Notes under the pieces: model-generated | The model's database searches: none | What the model was told of the DNA's origin: nothing | What the model saw: only the letters and a program-made list of their open reading frames with translations | Position numbers and translations under genes: made by a program | Shown here: positions 48,988-61,612 of the stretch, one piece after another | Layout of the letters: every line of letters starts with the position of its first letter | Position numbering within the stretch: the first letter of the stretch is position 1 | NCBI GenBank assembly: GCA_047495785.1 | Contig: JBLDXI010000007.1 | Span: 1,302,001 to 1,366,000 of the forward strand | Reading direction: 5' to 3' | Length of the DNA: 64,000 nt | DNA from: Lepidodermella squamata | Taxonomy: Eukaryota; Animalia; Gastrotricha

Positions 48988-49904
48988 CACTCTCATAAAA
49001 GTCCCTTTATAGCCCTATACAAAAAGAATAAAGACGCGGGAAGAACTTTGTCACTTTCTTTTGGGATAAAGGGACAAAATAACCGCGAGCAGTGATAAAA
49101 GCTGCTAAAATGTCCCTTTGTCATCGTGTAATTGTCCCTTACTTGGAACGTGACAAAGTTCTTCCCGCGTACCCATTCTTCCCTACGCAATGGAGGAGAA
49201 CAAAGACAACTATAATGTTAAATGTATCTTTGTGTCATCGTTATATTGATTGATAAAACGCAAAGGTCCCGTTATTTCGATGATTATGAGTGACGTTTAT
49301 AGTTCATCCGTCGGTTCATTCATTATTTTTATTCATTATGTTGAATTATCGATCTTCTGAATTCAGAAGTAATTCTCAACTTCAACGCTCAGGTTCTAAT
49401 ACAATCCATTACGAGGGGTGTCAAGATAGGTGTCAAAGAAGAGGTAGGAGTAAAGGTAGATAAAGGTGGTAATGGGTAGCAGATGGAGTCCAAGGTTCAA
49501 GTTGAAGTTCGACGCGAGTTGGATTTTCACCAAAAATTATTCTTTGACCCCATTCCTGAGTAATCAGCGTGTATTCCGGCCAACTTATTTGCATATGCAC
49601 AAAATTTATCAGCCTTTATGACAAAGTGACATTTTTAGTTTTACCTAAAAAATATGTCAGTTTTTGAGCATTGAAAATGTCCCTTTATCAATTGGCAAAT
49701 TTTTTCTCTGAATCGGGTTTTGTTTTGCATTTAAACTGTCCCTTTAGTCTACTAAGGGACAGTTGAGACCGATAAAGGGACAAGTGGCACGGTTTCAAAA
49801 TGTACACGTTCATTTACCCATTAAAGGACATTTATGAAAATATAAAGTGACATTTGCGTTTAGAAAGGGACCGAAAAGTGGGGTGCGGGACTTTTTTGAG
49901 AGTG
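48988..49904. mobile_element. Non-autonomous CMC/EnSpm (CACTA)-like element
   Basis: TT|CACTCTCATAAAAGTCCC ... GGGACTTTTTTGAGAGTG|TT: CACT termini, 2-bp TSD, many subterminal GTCCCTTT/AAAGGGAC motifs. Confidence 0.65.
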
Positions 49905-50337
49905 TTGAAACAATGAACACAGTGTTATTTTTGGAAATTCTAATCATTTTTGAAATGGGGAAAAATAAAAAAAAACGTCGCAAAAAATGAAATCGATAAG
50001 CGAACAAAACATGACAACTGACAATAAGACGGCGAAATTGTGTGTAACCAGGTAACTCGGATAAAACTCTATATTTCGAAGCTTCGAGCGCGCCTGGGCG
50101 AATCTTTCTGATTTTCGGATTTTCGCACGTTGCGCGCGTGCTGTCAACAACGATTCTGGATTCAATCCAACTTGTCGGAATATTCGGAATAATCCGATAA
50201 GTTTTTTACATTACAAAAATCGAAATTGCTATTCCTACACGCGCACGACATCTCTAGGCTCCCAGGTTTTGATCTAATTTTAAACGGATATCAGATATGA
50301 ATAATTTGATCGTCTTCTATATGATTGAGGCTAATAA

Positions 50338-51250
50338 ACCATCCGGGAATGAAGCAATCAATCGCCTAATTCCAGTATCGTTTATTTTGAAGGGTTGCAA
50401 TTTAACAAAAAATAGAGTTTACACTTTAAACCACTTAATTTTATTTTTTAGTATGTCAAGCCTGCAATGCATATCATCTCATCTCTCCGCATGGCTCTCT
50501 TTTGCATGTCCCCTGACAAACGTCGCTCAGATTTAAACTTTGATGTAGTTCACTTCTGTCGAGTAAGCCGGCTCAGCTTGAGAGCAAGACGATAGCAAAA
50601 AGCAGGTGTGTACTGGAACGCTGTATTTCACGGCTCTGCAGGACTTCATAGAGGCGCAACGTTGGGTGCAAGCCTGTTCAGTGTATCCAAACTGCATCTC
50701 GATAAAATTTGACATAGTAATACATCCTCTAGTCGACTTTTTGAATTCTGTTGACACAAAAGCACGTATGATAAATACAACTACTTGACGAGTAAAAGTT
50801 TCTTACGTTGGGCGCATTCAACAGCTACGAGTAGAGTGATGATGAGTGCTACTTTCGTGAACATGACTGTGGTTTGATAAGATCAAATGTGATATCAAAA
50901 ATCAACTTGAATTTAGCTTGAAAAAGTGCACAGAATAATTTCCATAGGCTTGAGGCGAACATTTATAGGCTTGCGTTGGCGTACATTTTCGAAGCTAACG
51001 TCGTAGCCAAGTTCATCTACGCGGAAAAAACAATGCAGCTGATAAAACGAGTTCTGTAGCCGGCCGAAAGTTCGATATGCGTTCAAAGAAATAAGCAATA
51101 AAATGATAGAAAAAGAAATAATTCTTTTTCGTTAACGTATATTATTAATGCGGATGAAAGCTATTGAATAATTGTTTTCCTGACGTCTACACTCATCTAC
51201 ACGGGAAAAACAATGCAGCTGATAAAACGGGTGCTGTAGCTGACGGAAAT
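50338..51250 (-). repeat. Right arm of inverted segmental duplication
   Basis: Reverse complement of 45935-46810; the upstream module (catctac..aacaatgcagctgataaaacg) occurs twice, at ~51012 and ~51192. Confidence 0.75.
50533..50864 (-). CDS. Small secreted PAN/apple-domain protein, inverted paralogue (2 exons)
   Basis: MFTKVALIITLLVAVECAQ|QFKKSTRGC...ACTQRCASMKSCRAVKY....TCFLLSSC; same intron position as 46270-46607. Confidence 0.75.
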
Positions 51251-51401
51251 TTTGACATGTGATCGGTTCATGTTATCGGAGTAAAAATAATGGCAATGTA
51301 GTCAACAGGGGCGTAGCTAGGACATTTTTTTGGGTAGTTGTCGTGGATGGGAGAGAGAAATCAAGGAATCCTTAACGGTGTTGACGGCTGAAATCGAGTT
51401 A

Positions 51402-51821
51402 CCGTATTTCATCAAATAATAGCCATGGCTACCATTTTTCCGAAACTCCGAAAATGGTCCAAAAAAAGAGGCAATTATTCGAGGGGGCTATTATTCGAGG
51501 GGGGCTACTATTTATTGGCAATTGGCAAATTTCATCATCGCAAGTCGTTTGCGCTGTTGAATTATCTGTTGTCTGACCCACGCTGCTAATTAATCCTCGA
51601 CATCCACAAATAACGGCTTACGTCCACCATCTTTAATCTGCTTAGCTGTATAAGGCGACGCTAGTATGACAGTTTTTTCCCTCCTCCAGCGCGCCACCTG
51701 CTTCGGACAAGGCATGGCGTGGCTATTATTCGAGGGGGGCTATTATTAATTTTTAAATGCTCAAAATAGCCGAAAATTTCGGGCTATTATTCGAGGGAGG
51801 CTATTAATCGATGAAATACGG
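51402..51821. mobile_element. Pogo-like MITE
   Basis: TA|ccgtatttcatc..ataatagcc ... ggctattaatcgatgaaatacgg|TA; internal ctattattcgagggg repeats. Confidence 0.8.
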
Positions 51822-52745
51822 TAATGCCCGAAACACAAGTTTAGGATCCCCCATGGTTGGTTATTTTCCAGAGAAAAACCCATTTTCCACTCGAAATCTG
51901 GGTAAAATGCCTAAACACTCTCACCCATGGTGTCTAATTGAATTAATTTTGTTGGAATAAAAAAAATCAACCTTAACAAAGCGTGTGAGAGAAGAAAGCA
52001 AACACAAGGCGAGTTCTATTATTACCACAATTTACGCTATAATATAATTATTGGGTATTTCAGTTAGTCAGTTTCTATTTTATCGTTTGGCTAATTTTTA
52101 ATTTTTGCTGAAATACTTTTTTGCGCTAAATACCGTAGTCCAGTACAGCTTTGAACAGGTAAACGTTTGAACATTTCACGCAAATCAGCTTTTCTCTGAA
52201 ACCATAGGGATCTACCGCTTGGGAATTTTACTGAATATAGGTATCGTCGTGATCGATCATTTTGCTAAGTTTCATCGCCATTGTTCCCTTAAAAATTCAA
52301 AATTCAAAAATTCAAAATTCAAAATTCCATTTGAATGATTTCTCGGAAATGTGATCTTGCCTCTTGGTAGTTTTTATTTGGCGAAGCGATGAATCAGCAG
52401 CAGATAATTAGCTGTACCAAATAATAACGTATCCGGTGATGGACGTCTGCCTGTTATACTTTCTTATATGGTGTCATTCATAAACCACGCAGACAGTCAT
52501 GCGTATCGAATCTTGCGACAAATAGCACTGTTATCGCTGGCAAATTAGCTCGCGATGAGTGGACTGCGATATTTTAAGGTGGTTTCCACGCGTAAGCACG
52601 ACACTCATAGTTAATAGTTAATACTGATTAGTTTTCCACGGACTTGGATAATATTTATTTTCTACTGTGAACAATATTTCAATCAGCTCTTGAATAATAA
52701 TTGAATCATATAGCAGTATGAGTATAGCAGCTCAAATTGTAAGCA

Positions 52746-55700
52746 CTATGTAGTTCTTGTAACTATATTTTGTGTACTTGTTGAATGCGACTGTACAACA
52801 GCTCTGCAGGTTGGACAACTGTCCTTCTCTCTCAGCCAGCGGTTGATGCAGTCCATATGGTAAACTAGAAAAACATCGAAATAAGGATGAGGTGGAGAAA
52901 TTCGAATTTACCATGCCCACAAATCAATCGTCTCGAACTGCAACCGAGTTTCACGACGTCCAAGTAGCAAATCACGCACTGAGACTTCTCATCATTTATA
53001 TTTTCTTTATCCACTTTAAGGAAGAAACAAAACATGAAAAAGTGTTCAGCAAAATGAAACCAACACTTACTATTTCCTCCAGTATGCAAGAGTTCCTTCG
53101 AAGCAGTGTATAACTTCTCAGCCAGTAAAAAGAAGTACCTCTCAGATTTATCGGATCGGGTAAAAATTTCAGCTTCGGTTTGAACAGCAAACTTGCGCAA
53201 AGCCTCCAGGTCACTGTAGCCGCCGCTTTTCACTCTTAATTCTTCTGTAAATTTATCAATAGCAGCCTGCCTAGCTTCAATGCCGAACTCTTTCTGCCAG
53301 GTTGACGCATTAGCTTGAATGGGAATGACGGTGCCAGAATGAACTCCAGGGATATTATCACTCGTTGTTTTTCGCAAAACTTTCGAGTCGAAAACAGGCT
53401 TCGACAAAAGACTCAGCATCCGAACCTCCTTACACACCGGACACTCCTCGTCCCTGCATTTCTGCCAATGTAAAATTATTTGCCGCGTTGACAAGCAGCT
53501 TTTGTCTAAAATCGATTCAGGTAATATTCGAAATTAGATACAAAACTTGAACTTACAGGTGCAAGACTTATCATCCTTGCAGCCTCTCAGGTGGTTTATC
53601 ACATCTTTCATTCGTTGACAATAAGCGACTTTACAGTCCGGAAAAGTCGGGTTAATTGCAGCGCCAGCAACACTTGTTGCTATCAACCTTGCAATAGCAT
53701 CTCGTTTTTCACACTTATGAGCATGCAAAATCAGGATCAACTGATTTTGAATCCCGATCCTTTTCTCCTCGCTTAGTCCTTGATTCCTGTTATTCTGAAA
53801 CCGCAGAAGATTGTTGAAGATTGCGCTTCTTCAGACGAAATTGAAGGCTTACCGGCGTAACGGTTGAGCTAGAAGAGACTGCTAATATTTGCTTTGGCAG
53901 AGAAGAGATCGTTGAGCTTTCAAAAGAATCGCTTTTCTTGTCACAACCTTCAAAATCGCAAATTAAATTAATTAAAAAGAATGGTTTCATGACTTACCAT
54001 TCATTTCGTTTCTTGAGCATTCAGCGGAGCATTCCAAGGCTTCTTTTACTTGATCGACTAAAATGTCGGTAGAAAGAATATGATGAGCTGACGGCCTCAA
54101 TGCAGGGTCATCATTGAGCATAGATTGGATTTGATTGCGAAGATCTGAACTGTAAATCTCAGGTATGGACCTATTCTTCCATCTGAATCATAAGAAATAT
54201 AGCATTCGTTTCAAAAATATAGATCGGGTACATGTGCTCATGCAATATTTTTTGATACAGGACTCGTAAATCGTTTATATCTGAACTCGCCGTACTCGAT
54301 TTACTCATCTCCACTCGTCTTCGACTCGTTCCGATTCGTAAATCTCGGCCGGCTCCGTTCAGATATAGACTCTTTACTCGTGCTATATAAGACAAATATG
54401 AATGTTATAGAGCATGATTCATTTTATATCTGCGAACCTTGCTATCGCCATTTCGTAAGTTTCGCCCAATTCTACTGTGAAAGCTGGGGATTTTAAGCTA
54501 GCCAATTCGAATAACGTTACTCCCAGAGACCATATGTCGGATTTTCCTGAGAAGCTCTGATTTCTAAATAGCTCCGGGGCGACGTAAACTGCTTCTTCTT
54601 TTTCGAGATTCGGAAGTGACTCCAAGCTATAGCAACATGACAAAATTAGTTACATTATTCAAGCGAAGTTTGATTCCTAACCATTTCCGTTTTGTCAGCC
54701 CAAAGTCGCCGAGTTTCAAAGTGCCATTACCAGTGATAAAAATATTCTGCAAAACATGCACGAGTTATAGCAGGGCGTACGTAAAATGATAAGATCAATT
54801 CATACCGAGGGTCGTATATCCCTGTGAACGATTCCAAGATCATGAAGAAATCTAATTGCTATCAAAAGCTGAGCCGCCCATCTCCTAATTGTATTTTCTG
54901 AGATGAGTTCTTTCGATTGAGCCAAAAAAGACGAAAGATCCGAGCCTGTGCGAAATTATAAGAGTTTATAACTGCTAGTCAGGTCACTCATCAAAAAGCG
55001 ATGTTGAAGATTTATCAGCAACTTCAGTGTCAACGTGCTCCAAATCTCAGGAATGTCTTGCTAAACGTCGTTCGGACTCGGTCAGACCCGAAAAAGATGA
55101 CACAGGACACATGTGTGATAACAATCTTTGCCCCAGAAAATAGATTCATCGCTAATCCCATTATGTTACGTTCACAAACTGCTTCGGAGATGCGTCCGAA
55201 GTTTTAGCCTCCGAAGTTGCGTAATCGCTGACCGAAGTTTTAGATTTTCGTTCACAAACGCGCGCACTTCGGACTGCGCGCCCGAAGTGAGAACAATGGG
55301 CGGCGCGCACGCACTGAACAAAGGACAAGCACAAACTTCGGTTCGGAGAGGCCCACAACTGCTCTCCGAAGCGCCTCCGAACCAAAGTTTGTGCGTGTCC
55401 GAAGTTACTACGTACGAACGCGCGCGCGGCCACTTGACCGCGCGAGGTAGGGCGACGACATAAATTAACTGTTCCTGTGGCATCTTTAATTCGTATTATT
55501 GACTATAATTGACGAAAATGACGTAGATTTCAAGTATATGAAACGCGCGCAGTAAAATCCTTGTTTTCACAAAAAAATGTCAATATTATAGAAATTATCG
55601 GGTGCCCTTAAAAATAGCTTATAGTGCGCGTTGAAAAAAATTCAATTTAATTTTTGATTTATTCTGAAAAATGGTGAATTTCGCGTCGAAATTTAGCTTT

Positions 55701-57377
55701 TTGTTATTGTCGTCGCATTTCGCATCTTATTATTTAGGAATTTTGAGAATTCAAGTGAAAGTGAAAAAATTTGTGTCTACCCTGCGGCCCCTTCTCTAGT
55801 TTGAGCGCGCTCGCACTCGTGGGCGCGCACTCGAAATCTTCGGCCCGCAAACAATAGAAACTTCGACTCTATTGTTTGCGCGCGGAAATTGCCACTGACA
55901 ACGTCACCGAAGTTTCGCTTGAGTGTTCCGAAGTTTCAAGTTCGGTCTCCGAAGTCACCCTCTCCGAAGTTAGTTTGTGGACGCACCATTACATCTTCCC
56001 CGGCATTGCCAAACCTCTGACCCCAACTCAGCCGACGACTGTGGCATAGAAAACGAAGCAAGCGAAGATCAGACCAAAGTTGTTCTAGTCATTGCTGTAG
56101 TTCGAGCTCGCCCACCTCAACGGCTACGCCGATGCTAGACGCGACCTGGGTAACCTTCGCCGCGACTCGTTGTTTGGGTCACGGCTCTCGGTCGAATGAA
56201 GGCTTCTTGTTCGCCTTGACACGCCGAAAATGAGCTCACGATTCAATAGGTTGTGAGCTTCATTTCAAAAAGCTCCAAAAGGTATGTTTGCCTTGAAATT
56301 CCCCCAACATTGGTCAGCCACGATTATCTGCAAATGAAGGCTGCGGTACCAACCAGCTCGGGGACCAAGAATCGCTCCGGAATTGCCTTGGTTGGGTCGA
56401 CGTCCATCGAAAAAGCCATTCACTTGGCGACTTTCACTAGGAAATGCCTCAACAGCCAAGCGCCAGCATTGATGTGGAACATGTTTCAGCGGCATATAGG
56501 GCAGGCACACAAGAAGACCATGTTCCGAATGCAAAGCATATAACTCCTTCGTGAGTAATTCAGGTTCGGTAACTCGCCGAAAGCACCGGTACCTAATCTT
56601 TCCGAAGCCCTCCTAATCTTTCCGAACGGCACCCAGCGATTACCCAGACTTTGGAGCACATTTTTGCCAGACCTGTGCCACGCCTCCGAGATCGTTGCTG
56701 GTTCCTGGGCTGTTTCAGCGCTGTTCGCTTTGCCGCAAGTGTGCTCTGTCGCTCGGAAAGCAGTCAATGGTAGACGACGACGAGCCGTTTTCGTCAAGGC
56801 AGAACACTCAGACGCGATGGAACCGATGAATACTGAGTAGGCGACCGGGGAAGGCTTTCGAGCTAACTCAATGCGTCAGAGCCGAAGGTGGATGAGCAAA
56901 GCCGTCAAATATTTCTTAATAGGTCTTGATTTTGAGTACATTCTTGAACACGTTGACTTTCAAGCTGCTTATCCAACATCATAAATTGTCATACTAGCCG
57001 CCTACCAATGCCGTAGCTTTCAATAACAACAGTAGTGTACGAATCTGCTGTTTTCGCTACACAGAGAACTTGAACCATGAATGGAGTAGGAGTAGATTTC
57101 AGCAGTTGATACTATGGAGATTGTAGATAATATTTTGCAAATAATACGTCACTTGCATGCAGTTCTCAGTTACCTCTCTAATCGTTTCAGCTGGTTCTTT
57201 CCCGTCATGAGCGGCAATCAAAGCTTTTTTCGTGGGTTGTGTTTCATTGCATTTGCGGCAAAACGTTTTTACAAGCTGTAGAAAACATGAACGGTGAATT
57301 GAATTGAAGGGAAAGTGCCTTCTTACATCATCCATAATGCCAGCTCGGCCGTTTTTGACAGAGCCTGAGAAATTCAT
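52746..57377 (-). CDS. Chimeric NEK-like Ser/Thr kinase - TAZ1 zinc finger - KIX - RING-H2 protein (12 exons)
   Basis: Exons 57377-57327, 57275-57174, 57111-57006, 54945-54806, 54746-~54682, ~54627-54438, 54170-53998, 53947-~53853, ~53794-53557, ~53505-53071, ~53013-52912, ~52864-52746 join with consistent phase. Motifs: HRDIRPSN, KLGDFG, YVAPE, SDIWSLG; EEKRIGIQNQLILILHAHKC..HLRGC..RQIILHWQKC..CPVC; RYFFLLAEKLYTASKEL; CVIC..CGHVYHMDC..W..CPTCR. The three 5' exons are less certain. Confidence 0.75.
55164..55988. mobile_element. MITE with 3-bp TTA TSD (PIF/Harbinger-like) in the large intron
   Basis: TTA|tgttacgttcacaaactgcttcggaga ... tctccgaagttagtttgtggacgcacca|TTA; many ccgaagt/acttcgg subrepeats. 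Confidence 0.65.
55992..56700 (+). mobile_element. Decayed CR1/L2-like LINE RT C-terminal fragment
   Basis: Remnants RDLG(V)TF and IEKAIHLATFTRKCLNSQAPALMWNMF resemble the L2/CR1 3' ORF; multiple frameshifts. Confidence 0.4.
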
Positions 57378-57812
57378 TGATTCGCAAGAATAAGATCGGT
57401 TTGAGCAGATTGCACTAGAGGCTTGGTTGTAGAGCTAAAATTAGAAAATTATAAATTCAGCGGTGATGAAAAGTAAACTTGGTAGGAAGCTTTTATAGGA
57501 AATAGTGACTAAATCTCACTTTCGGCCCACCCCCGCCTTTAGCGTAGGATAGGCGTTCAATCTCAGTTGTTCAAGATCTTAGTGCGAACAACAGCTAATA
57601 TTTTGAATCATCGCTGCATTTTTTGCATGGTGGTGATTCATAATTTCACCAAGATTCAAGATTATTTATTATCTCAAAGGTTATATATCTTTTCGCAGTA
57701 TGATTCATAAAGGGCAATTCACAAACTCGTGTTTCATGATTCATGATTCATTTTTCATTGCGCAAAATTCATCTCTTGCAAAAAACGGTCGCAGAGCCAT
57801 TTGAATCATGAA

Positions 57813-58289
57813 CGATGAACGAAACCCGCTCACAAATTATTTTTCATAATTCATAATTCAAATGACGATTTTTTGTGTGCGACTTGGACAAAATAAAAAA
57901 AACTAAGCCACCACCTGAAACTTCTGAAAAATTTTGGACTAATTAATCGGCCCAATCAGAGTGTTCTAGCTGAAGAAAAAGGTCAAATGATGTTATTTAT
58001 GGAATGGAGTTTATGGACAATAATCGAATTTGCAATGAATTTTTTTCTAATAGCTCATAAAATCTAAGTTAATAACGAGAATAGGAGATAATGACGCTAA
58101 CGCTCAAATCAACAAAAGCTCACTGGTGGCACAGTGGGTTCAACTCGAACTAGCATGCCCAGTGTCGTGGGTTCTGCGTCCTGCGGGCGCACTCATTTTT
58201 AGATCTAAATCGCGCACATAAAAAATGGCTAAACAGCTTCTTGAATCATGAATTATGAAAAATAATTTGTGAGCGGGGTTCGTTCATCG
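57813..58289. mobile_element. MITE with ~48-bp TIRs containing a tRNA-like segment (58118-58190)
   Basis: cgatgaacgaaacccgctcacaaattatttttcataattcataattcaa and its reverse complement; internal A box tggcacagtgg and degenerate B box ggttctgcgtcc. Confidence 0.6.
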
Positions 58290-60300
58290 AGTCTACCGAC
58301 CTTATCTTCCCGACGGTTGCGCAAACCGGCTACTTTTGTTTACCGACTTTTTCACTCCGTCAATTCATTATCGACAATTATTTATTCTTTAACATTTTCC
58401 AACCGACGCTTGCGCATTAACATTTCAATTAACAATACATTTTTTATTTGCGACATTTTTGAACCGACAAAATTTACCCGGCATTATCGCCCCGTCAGTC
58501 TTTTATCGACAATAGATTCCCGACGGTTGGCAAGTAAATATTCAATCAGCATTTCGACCCCGTGGCAAACCGGTGGCAAATGAAAGCAAATGAGTTGAGT
58601 AAAAGGGCCGTTAATCAGGCTGTTCGGTCATATAGTTTTTACCCACTGCCTCGGCGACCTTTCGTGGCGCCTGCATGACTGTTACTAAGGACTAGGCGGG
58701 CCGGAAACCGGCTTACGCTAGTGTCGGTTCTCGGACTAGGTTTTCTAACATTGTATCGGGTTGTACCTGGTTTGTGGATTGGTTTGCCGTTGCGACACCC
58801 GCTACTTCTGGCGTAACGATTCGAGGACTAGGTTTTCTAACATTATCCCGGGTATATTCCCGAGCCCGAAGAACAATTGCACGACAGGTATCAAATCGGG
58901 CAGCATTCACCCCCATCGAACAGCACTTAGCCACGGGCTCGGGAATATCGGACAGCTTTCGATGAAATCCGAGAGAGCTCAGGCAGCATTGGATCCCAGA
59001 AATGGCACCACGGCATCGCTTGCGACGTTGAGTAGAAGATACATCAAATCGAGCGAATTTCGAGCAAGTCCCGTCGAGTTCTTCGTCGATTTTGAATGCG
59101 CTCTTCAAACCGAGCTCTTCAAGGCCGCGTGACAGTCACATTGATAGCCATCCGAAGCCTACCGAGCAGAGCCACCTTGCGTTTTCGAGAGCCCAATTTT
59201 GAGATTCAGCAGCAGCAATTAGTTGACCATGCGAGAAATGCGGGAAATTCGATGTGAAAAACGAACCAAAAACTCGCAGAATGAAAAATGCGAGAAAAAA
59301 ATGAACAAGAAACAAATTTCAACAATTTTTTAAGTTGGATTTTTTTAATTTCAGATTAAAGCAATAGAAATTTAGCGAGAGTGTAGCATATTATATAGAG
59401 CACTCCGCCCTAAATTGGGCCGCATTTCGGGGTTTTTGAGGTTTTTCAAACTTTCCGAGTCAGATAATTTTTTTAAATTAACAGCAATAGCTATCTCCTA
59501 GAAAGGCACCTGGGCTATCGAATGCCGGTACTTGAAAATCCGGAATCCGGAAGATTTTACCTTGATTTTGGAGGAATTTCCGTGTAACTCGGTCAACCGG
59601 CCAGAATTAGGACTCCAGGTGCCCTAATTCGGGCCACCCCAGGTATCAACGCAAATACCTTATGTATATTACCGTTAGATAGGCCTCGATGAGTAGAGTA
59701 AGGAAATCACCTATATAGCTCTGAAATTTCTAATTTTATTTCAGAAGATGAAGAAAAATGATGATGAATAGCTTCAAAGTATTTTTTCGTCCGTTTCACA
59801 TTTTGTGGACTTGGCCCGTCAAAACATTGACCTCGTAAAACGACGACCTAATTGGACATGGCTTATTTGACCCTTGAGGAATTTTGAAACTGGGGTTTCT
59901 AATTATTGTGGAACACGATCTGTAGATTACGAATCCGTCAAAAAGTCTGTTTCGGCCGGGTAAGGACTCCTTTTTTCTGCACGGCCGACGAAATTACAAC
60001 CAAATTTAACATACACTCGCGGTTTTGTCAGCGATAATTCTAATTTGCTCTGTAATACAGGTCGTTTGTGGCTTGTTTGCATTAAAATTTTGGAGCAAAA
60101 TTTCATAATTTGAGAAGCTTGGATTCTTCAACTCATAGATCACTACGTTCTCTATGCTTTAACTGATCAAATTTTATTGAAGTGTTTAATTTTTTAGTCT
60201 CCAATTTATGTTTCTTTTAACCGAAAATGTACAAGCCTGAATATCATCTATTCAAGACTTTCATGTCTTTCATTTCAGATGTTGAAGAAACGCGACGAAG

Positions 60301-60996
60301 TCAGCTCTGCTTCGAAGTCGAGGCACGAAAAGGCTGAGTTGCAGTAAGCCACGCGAAGCCGGCTGGCAAGGTCCATTGAGCCCTGTTACGCGATGGTGAT
60401 AAAGCCGGCATCTGCCACGTTGATGCCGATGATGGTCCTACGAAATTCGTCCACTGAAACAAGCCAGGCGAGGGCGATGGCGTAATCCATTGACCAGCCG
60501 AAGGGGTTGCAAAAGTTTCTAACCAAGGCTTAGGAGCTGGAGTTTTGGTGTCGAATTCAGGCTGAGCCTGGCTGATGTAGTACTGCTTTATCGACGAGAG
60601 AACAGAATCTCCCCAGGTCGACCAAACCGCGCCCCAACGGGCCACATCTGGTGGAGACATTGTTCCCCATGAAACGTCTCTGAATCCTAACCAAGAATAA
60701 GGAGCAGTAGCAACTTCAGTGTTCCAGATAGATCGATAATTTGCTATCCAGGAAGCTATAGGATCCACACTGTTGGCTGGAGTCGTCAGTGAATTTTCCT
60801 TCACCCCAGTTATCACGGCCCATGGATTAGATGAGAATTGCGAATTCGAGGCCTGAGAAACTAAACCATACGACCCACTATTCCAGCTAGTTGGTCTGAA
60901 GGTCCAGTTATCTTGACCTGATTGTTCGCCGTTCAGAGTGCTCTGAGGCTCAACGCTCGCAACTAAAACAGCCGCGACAATGACGAAAAATAACAT
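60301..60996 (-). CDS. Secreted Trp/Ser/Pro-rich protein of unknown function
   Basis: Signal peptide MLFFVIVAAVLVASV; 231-aa open frame, many Trp, no Cys. Confidence 0.65.
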   Translation of the reverse strand: MLFFVIVAAVLVASVEPQSTLNGEQSGQDNWTFRPTSWNSGSYGLVSQASNSQFSSNPWAVITGVKENSLTTPANSVDPIASWIANYRSIWNTEVATAPYSWLGFRDVSWGTMSPPDVARWGAVWSTWGDSVLSSIKQYYISQAQPEFDTKTPAPKPWLETFATPSAGQWITPSPSPGLFQWTNFVGPSSASTWQMPALSPSRNRAQWTLPAGFAWLTATQPFRASTSKQS

Positions 60997-61612
60997 TTTT
61001 TCCTTAGATTAATTTTTTGCAAAAATGTTGGTAATTAACCGCGACTTCTGCAATTAAGACTGTGCGGGTTGACGCCACTCGGAAAAGGAACTTGTTGGTA
61101 CATCCGGCTTCCGGTTCGTTATTATTTTTTCGGTTTATCGATTTTAGCCACTTGTTGTTGTTTTGCTGTGATTTTTAATTTTAGAATCGCATTCAATTAT
61201 TTGATTAATTATAATTAAATTAACCTAAAAGTGGAATCCAGCGCAAAAAGACATTTTTGGAAAATTCAAGATTTTATGATTGGAAAAAATCGGCAAAATC
61301 CTGAATTCAGAATAAAACTTTTATTTTTTTATTTTCGAAATTTGCTTATATCTTTTTGATTTTCTCCTAAAAATCTGAAGGAAATAATCATTGATCGAAT
61401 AATCACTGCGCGTAATTTTCGCTTGATGAAAAAATTCATATTTTTCCGGAATGAGTGATTGAAATAGCTCGAATCCTGTTATCGAGGTTAAATTGACCTG
61501 AATTTAGCCTCAATTCAATTTTTCCACGCGCCATTTTGGGCGCGCGAAAACAGTTGCGTCATCTGGCCACGCGAATGTCGTGTCTCAAATAAGTGTAAAC
61601 TCCGCGTGTGGC

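Noticed and set aside
52865-53740. The species' true CBP/p300 gene
   Set aside because: No bromodomain, HAT, ZZ or TAZ2 follows; KIX splices to a RING-H2 and a stop.
58118-58190. Functional tRNA gene
   Set aside because: B box is degenerate and the acceptor stem pairs poorly; lies inside a TIR element.
58713-59132. Overlapping ORFs on both strands
   Set aside because: No recognisable motif or splice structure; possibly decayed TE or gene, cannot be supported.
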